Below are positions 43,551-47,507 of a stretch of DNA of 47,507 nucleotides, one piece after another (positions within the stretch are counted from its first letter, which is position 1; every line of letters starts with the position of its first letter). Below the pieces are notes generated by a model. It was not told where the DNA came from and searched no databases. It saw only the letters and a list, made by a program, of their open reading frames with translations. A program made the position numbers and the translations under genes. The stretch comes from Bacteriovoracaceae bacterium (GTDB lineage Bacteria; Bdellovibrionota; UBA1018): contig JAYVNB010000065.1 in assembly GCA_043759365.1 (NCBI GenBank), positions 1 to 47,507 on the forward strand. Reading direction: 5' to 3'.

Positions 43551-46190
43551 TCAGCGACGGAGGCAGGTGCCCAAGGATTCCTTGAGGACCCGGTTGAAGG
43601 CCTCTTCGGTGATTCCGCGGGACCGCGCTTCGGAGAGTTTGCGGCCGACCATGCTTTCGAGACTGCCGCGCTGGGTAGGATCATTCAGGATCGGCTCCAG
43701 CGTACTCCGCTGCTCGGCGGTCAAGCCTTCGTAGGCCGGGGTCCGACGGAGATCCACTGGGGCGGGAGCGGCGGCATGGCCACCTTCCGCTACAGCGGTC
43801 CCGCTGGCAGGAGTGGAGCGGAGTCGTGCGATCACGGCTTGCTGCTCCTCGATTTTGACCGAAACGAGCCGAGTATGGGTCTGTAGGTCCCCGAGCACGT
43901 CCTTGATGCGGGCGTATTCGTGGCCATCGGTCCGACGAGCGGTATTGAGCGCTTCGAGGATCGTGGTGGCTTCGCTGATCGCACCTTCGACTTCGACTTT
44001 GGCTTGCTGGTAGAGATCCAGGGAGCGGGTATGTGAACCCAGGTACTCTCCAGGGCTCATGCTGCCGTCGTCGGTCGCACGATGGCCCGCAGCGGAGTCC
44101 GCCTGGTCCATCAAGTCGTCGACTTTTCCGGTACGTTCCACGACGCGATCCATTCTCGCAAAGAGAGGAAGATTGGATTTCACGTACTTGGCTGCGCGGA
44201 TCGCCGCTTCGAAGAGTCGTCCCGCTTGGACCTTCTCCCGGGCATCTGCGAGGGACTTGGCCTTTTCCTCTCCGTTCAACCTACGGGCCCGTTCGCGGAG
44301 AGCGGTGCCTTCGTTGATGAGGCGGTCCGCTTTTTCGCGGTAGGCCCCCATATACTCGTCAGCTTTCGCCGTACTCTGGTTGGAGCGGTTGTTGAGGAAG
44401 GACGTTTCGAATTCAGCTAGTTCGTTGACCGTCTGCACGACCTCCTGGTCCTGGCCTTGGCGACGGAAGTTGTCGACCAGATCCGAGAACTCGGTCACAC
44501 CCTCGGAGGTGTTCTCGTTCGCTCGAGCAGGGTTGTCGGATTGAGCGTGGGTCTGGGTCCCCTCGGCAGGGCTTTCGGCCACTGGACGAGCCGAGGTCGG
44601 AGCATCGGGAGTGCCGTCATAGCGGGCCCATTGGATGCGGAAGTCGGCCGGGTGCTCTTTGAGGAACGCGCGGGTCTCCTTGGCGGCGTTGAGACCGCCG
44701 GTCACTGCGAGCAAAGCGTTCATGAAGCCCATCAGGCGCACTTCATACATGCTCTGACCGGTTTGTTCGGCGATCTGCTTGGCGTTGAGAAGCATATAGC
44801 CGGCCATGATCCCTTGGTCGATCATCATGTAGGCGTTGGCGCCTAAGGTCACGTAGCGTGCTGCTGCCAAGGCGTTGCGTCCCGCCAGGGTTGCGCGGAG
44901 CATGCCCGTCAAGCGAGCGGAACTGGTGAGACGGGCGCCGCCGAGGCCGACCATCATCACCACGTTCATCCCGAATTGTTTCCAATCGTCGTGAGTCAAC
45001 TGGTCGTTGCCCACTCGGGTCATGTGATCGAGTGCGCCGGTGGCTCCGGCCACGGCGTAAGCCGATCCGATGATGGCGCTCATGGTGGTGAGCGAAGCGC
45101 CCACGCCAGCGAGTCCCACGCCTTGGAGACCGGGAACGATCATCGTTGCGGCCGAGCCGAGGGCGAGGATGTAAAGGCCAGTGACCTCAGCTGAGAGTTT
45201 GCCGGCTTCCCAGTAAAGCCGGGAAACTTCCTGGCTGCGTTCCATTTCGAAGATATCGGAGCGGAGGGAGATGATCTGACTCGCCATCGCACCCGCATCC
45301 TGAGGATGCTTCAGCGTGAAGAACTTGCCAGTGCTCTTGAAGTTGCCGACCAGCATCTCGATCATCTGCACGTGGAGAGGAAAGCTTTGGAATCCCGAAC
45401 GAAGGGAGTTTGAAGAGGCTTCCATGATGTTGGAGAAGAGCTGGAACTGGTTGATGAAGTCCATGCTCTTTTGAGCGCCGGTGGACTTGAGGTACTGGCG
45501 GAAGTCGACGAGGGTCGCGTCGAGCTTCTCTTTGGCAGCGCCTGCGGTCCGGTTGTAGCCGAACTGGTTGGAGTAACCCCAGCGTGCCAGGTTCGACCAG
45601 CTCGTGTTCCCCTGGGCGGCGGGGTTGTGGCTGTTCCAGGCATTCTCGATCTCGCTTTGGTAGCTTAGGAGCACCTTGGTCGCCATACGCTTCAGGCGTT
45701 CGCCTTGGAAGTGCACGTTGAACGAGTCGACGATCTTCTTGTCTTCAGGGCGGAGCGAAGTGCCCCCGTTGAAGACGTATTTGAGGTAGGGGTTGCCCTT
45801 GTTGGCTTCAAGAAACTGGCCCACCAGGAGCTTTCCTGCATGGCTGTCACTCTGGTTGAAGGCGCGGATCGCACCCCAGAGGTAACGGCTTTCCTTCACG
45901 ACCGACTCGCGACCTAGAGACTGCGCGTCTTTCTGGATCATCTTCATGGCGAGGTAAATCGCCTGCGCAGTTTGCTTGTCTGGATCGACGGGGGCTCGAC
46001 TCGCAGCCGGTTCGCGATCGGGCTCGATCACGAAGCGCTCAGTCGGTCCACCGCCCTGGGTGAGGCTGTCGGGCTTCACTCCCAGGGTGCAGGCGACTGG
46101 AAGCGAAAAAAGGCCAGTCATGAACAAGCCCAGGAAAATTTTCTGACCGCGCTCCAAATGGACAACGCCGGATCTCCGGAAAGATTTCAT
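43551..46190 (-). CDS. Large lineage-specific exported protein or lipoprotein with a central Gly/Ala-rich hydrophobic core and coiled-coil-like flanks.
   Basis: The track ORF is trimmed to ATG 46188-46190, with GAGAGGA Shine-Dalgarno motif 7 nt upstream. The N-terminus is MKSFRRSGVVHLERGQKIFLGLFMTGLFSLPVAC. The hydrophobic block (about 44688-45185) includes VTGLYILALGSAATMIVPGLQGVGLAGVGASLTTMSAIIGSAYAVAGATGAL, FGMNVVMMVGLGG and LMGFMNALLAVTGGL. I recognise no domain. Confidence 0.75.
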   Translation of the reverse strand: MKSFRRSGVVHLERGQKIFLGLFMTGLFSLPVACTLGVKPDSLTQGGGPTERFVIEPDREPAASRAPVDPDKQTAQAIYLAMKMIQKDAQSLGRESVVKESRYLWGAIRAFNQSDSHAGKLLVGQFLEANKGNPYLKYVFNGGTSLRPEDKKIVDSFNVHFQGERLKRMATKVLLSYQSEIENAWNSHNPAAQGNTSWSNLARWGYSNQFGYNRTAGAAKEKLDATLVDFRQYLKSTGAQKSMDFINQFQLFSNIMEASSNSLRSGFQSFPLHVQMIEMLVGNFKSTGKFFTLKHPQDAGAMASQIISLRSDIFEMERSQEVSRLYWEAGKLSAEVTGLYILALGSAATMIVPGLQGVGLAGVGASLTTMSAIIGSAYAVAGATGALDHMTRVGNDQLTHDDWKQFGMNVVMMVGLGGARLTSSARLTGMLRATLAGRNALAAARYVTLGANAYMMIDQGIMAGYMLLNAKQIAEQTGQSMYEVRLMGFMNALLAVTGGLNAAKETRAFLKEHPADFRIQWARYDGTPDAPTSARPVAESPAEGTQTHAQSDNPARANENTSEGVTEFSDLVDNFRRQGQDQEVVQTVNELAEFETSFLNNRSNQSTAKADEYMGAYREKADRLINEGTALRERARRLNGEEKAKSLADAREKVQAGRLFEAAIRAAKYVKSNLPLFARMDRVVERTGKVDDLMDQADSAAGHRATDDGSMSPGEYLGSHTRSLDLYQQAKVEVEGAISEATTILEALNTARRTDGHEYARIKDVLGDLQTHTRLVSVKIEEQQAVIARLRSTPASGTAVAEGGHAAAPAPVDLRRTPAYEGLTAEQRSTLEPILNDPTQRGSLESMVGRKLSEARSRGITEEAFNRVLKESLGTCLRR

Positions 46191-46258
46191 CGTAGGTTCC
46201 TCTCGAGTGAGCCTATCGTCCCAACCCCGGGGAACCTTGAATTTGTGTGATTCTCCAA

Positions 46259-46300
46259 TGAATCGGTCACCCCTCAACTCTTCAGTGAATCGGTCACCCC
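46259..46300. repeat. Two copies of a 15-bp direct repeat TGAATCGGTCACCCC (period 27 bp).
   Basis: Copies at 46259-46273 and 46286-46300, read directly from the sequence. They sit in the divergent spacer between the ORFan gene and the transposase gene. Confidence 0.9.
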
Positions 46301-47507
46301 AGGCGGCCTAAGTAGGCCCAGCGAAGCGGCTATTGAGCACCTGCCTTTATGCTGGGGAGATGATCTCGATGTCAAAAAATGAACAGTTCACGTTTCAAAT
46401 CATCACGGACTTTTTGAACGCGAAGCTCAGCCGAAGGGAGACGGCGGAGCTGCTTCAGATCCGGGAGAGATCCGTCAGCCGCCTGGCAAGACGAGTGCAG
46501 CGCAAAGGCCTGGAAGGCGTCCAGCACGGGAACCGGGGCAAGATCTCCCCAAAGCTCTCTCCCCAGGCGTTTCAAAAAATGGTCATGGATCTGATGGAGA
46601 AGCGCTACTTCGACTTCAACATGACCCACGCCCTTGAGCTTTTAAAAGCCGAGCAAGGCATCGATGTGAGGTACTCGACCTTCCGACGCTGGTGCCATGA
46701 TCGTCACCTCGTCAAGAGGCGCAAGAGGAGGCGAGCCAAGGCCCGGTACGTACGCACTCGGATGCCTTGTGAGGGACTGCTGCTTCAAATGGACGGCTCC
46801 CCGCACCGCTTCAACGGCAAAGATGAGTGGTGCCTGATCGGAGCCATCGATGACGCCACTTCTGACATCCCGTATGCCGAGTTTTTCCTCAGCGAAGACA
46901 CCCTCTCTTGCATGCGGGTGATGCAAAGAATTATTGAAATCAAAGGCATTCCACAGGCCCTCTACGTCGATTGCGCGGGCTGGTTTGGTGGAGGCAAGCG
47001 GCAACATTTCGCCCAGTTCAAGCGCGCCTGTGAGGAGCTCGACATTCGAGTCATCTTCGCTCACTCGGCTGAAGCCAAAGGAAGGATCGAGCGGACTTGG
47101 GATACGATCCAAGATCGGCTCGTTCCTGAGATGCGTTTACGAAATATTCACCGCATGCCTGCCGCCAACGAGTATCTGCAGACGCAGTTTCTTCCCAACT
47201 ACTGGAAACTGAAAAACACGGTCGTGCCCCAGTCGTTTGAATCAAAATACCGTCCGCTGCCGACTGCTGGGACGGGGCAGGCATGCCCGGACTTGAGGGA
47301 GATCTTTTGCTTAAAAGAGTATCGCTCCGTGAAGCGCAACCACACCTTGAGCTGGGAGGGAGTCACTTACGAACTCACATCACCTTTGAAGTACTCGATC
47401 CGAGGTCAGAAGATCGAGCTCCGCACCTATCAGGATCTCTCCTGGCGGGCCTTCTTCGCAGGCAATCCCATTGCCCTCACCCCCCTTGCCAGCCATCTTC
47501 AGCCCAA
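46301..47507 (+). mobile_element. Insertion sequence (ISNCY family), partial. The left boundary is not resolved and the right end lies outside the window.
   Basis: Inferred from the transposase ORF. I could not identify the terminal inverted repeat because the other end is not in the window. Confidence 0.5.
46369..47507 (+). CDS. ISNCY-family DDE transposase (rve / integrase-core type). The C-terminus runs off the right edge of the window.
   Basis: Absent from the ORF track because there is no stop in the window. My translation gives MSKNEQFTFQIITDFLNAKLSRRETAELLQIRERSVSRLARRVQRKGLEGVQHGNRGK... (HTH), then LLLQMDGSPH ... CLIGAIDDATS ... ALYVDCAGWF ... FAHSAEAKGRIER (a D, D, about-35, E triad). 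GGGGAG Shine-Dalgarno motif 9 nt upstream of ATG 46369 (alternative ATG 46360). Confidence 0.85.
   Translation, partial: MSKNEQFTFQIITDFLNAKLSRRETAELLQIRERSVSRLARRVQRKGLEGVQHGNRGKISPKLSPQAFQKMVMDLMEKRYFDFNMTHALELLKAEQGIDVRYSTFRRWCHDRHLVKRRKRRRAKARYVRTRMPCEGLLLQMDGSPHRFNGKDEWCLIGAIDDATSDIPYAEFFLSEDTLSCMRVMQRIIEIKGIPQALYVDCAGWFGGGKRQHFAQFKRACEELDIRVIFAHSAEAKGRIERTWDTIQDRLVPEMRLRNIHRMPAANEYLQTQFLPNYWKLKNTVVPQSFESKYRPLPTAGTGQACPDLREIFCLKEYRSVKRNHTLSWEGVTYELTSPLKYSIRGQKIELRTYQDLSWRAFFAGNPIALTPLASHLQP

Noticed and set aside
1-47507. Searches by eye for CRISPR arrays, rRNA, tRNA, tmRNA, toxin-antitoxin pairs or recognisable defence-system genes.
   Set aside because: I saw no regularly spaced repeat array, no conserved rRNA/tRNA sequence blocks, and no nuclease, methylase or ATPase defence signatures. 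Absence is judged by eye only; tRNAscan, Infernal and defence-system HMM scans would be needed to be sure.

Overview
GC-rich bacterial chromosomal window, Gram-negative style (many lipobox lipoproteins, LplT, HtrA). It is mostly housekeeping core with a few accessory pockets. By eye I found no rRNA, tRNA or CRISPR array.

Securely recognised genes:
- a truncated class IV aminotransferase at the left edge (missed by the ORF track)
- hflX
- the conserved rimP-nusA-infB-rbfA-truB operon
- gltX and metG
- a multi-PAS histidine kinase
- a DUF3494 ice-binding-like lipoprotein
- an S33 alpha/beta hydrolase, a GstA-like GST, ppa, yciH and an HI0933-like flavoprotein
- an LplT-like MFS transporter
- a co-directional run of exported hydrolases (HtrA, GH92 mannosidase, PepA, metzincin)
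- an overlapping selU-selD selenium module
- a VanX/DdpX dipeptidase
- an ISNCY-family transposase running off the right edge (also missed by the ORF track)

Most interesting observations:
1. A two-gene lipoprotein + TPR/FecR operon (17673-19598) has its reading frame broken three times. Each break sits exactly on a simple-sequence repeat (G7, A9, (GC)4), and removing one repeat unit restores the frame. This is either a phase-variable contingency locus or localised assembly error.
2. An 879-aa lineage-specific exported protein (43551-46190) has a central Gly/Ala-rich hydrophobic core flanked by helical and coiled-coil regions. It lies next to the IS element.
3. A 15-bp direct repeat pair is centred in the spacer between that gene and the transposase.
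4. A weak-stem, U9 terminator in the rimP-nusA leader is compatible with NusA autoregulatory attenuation.
5. A nested palindrome of about 100 nt sits between infB and rbfA.

I cannot show that any of these is a new biological system. All functional calls rest on motif recognition by eye, not on database searches. The long antisense ORFs in the track are treated as high-GC shadow ORFs.
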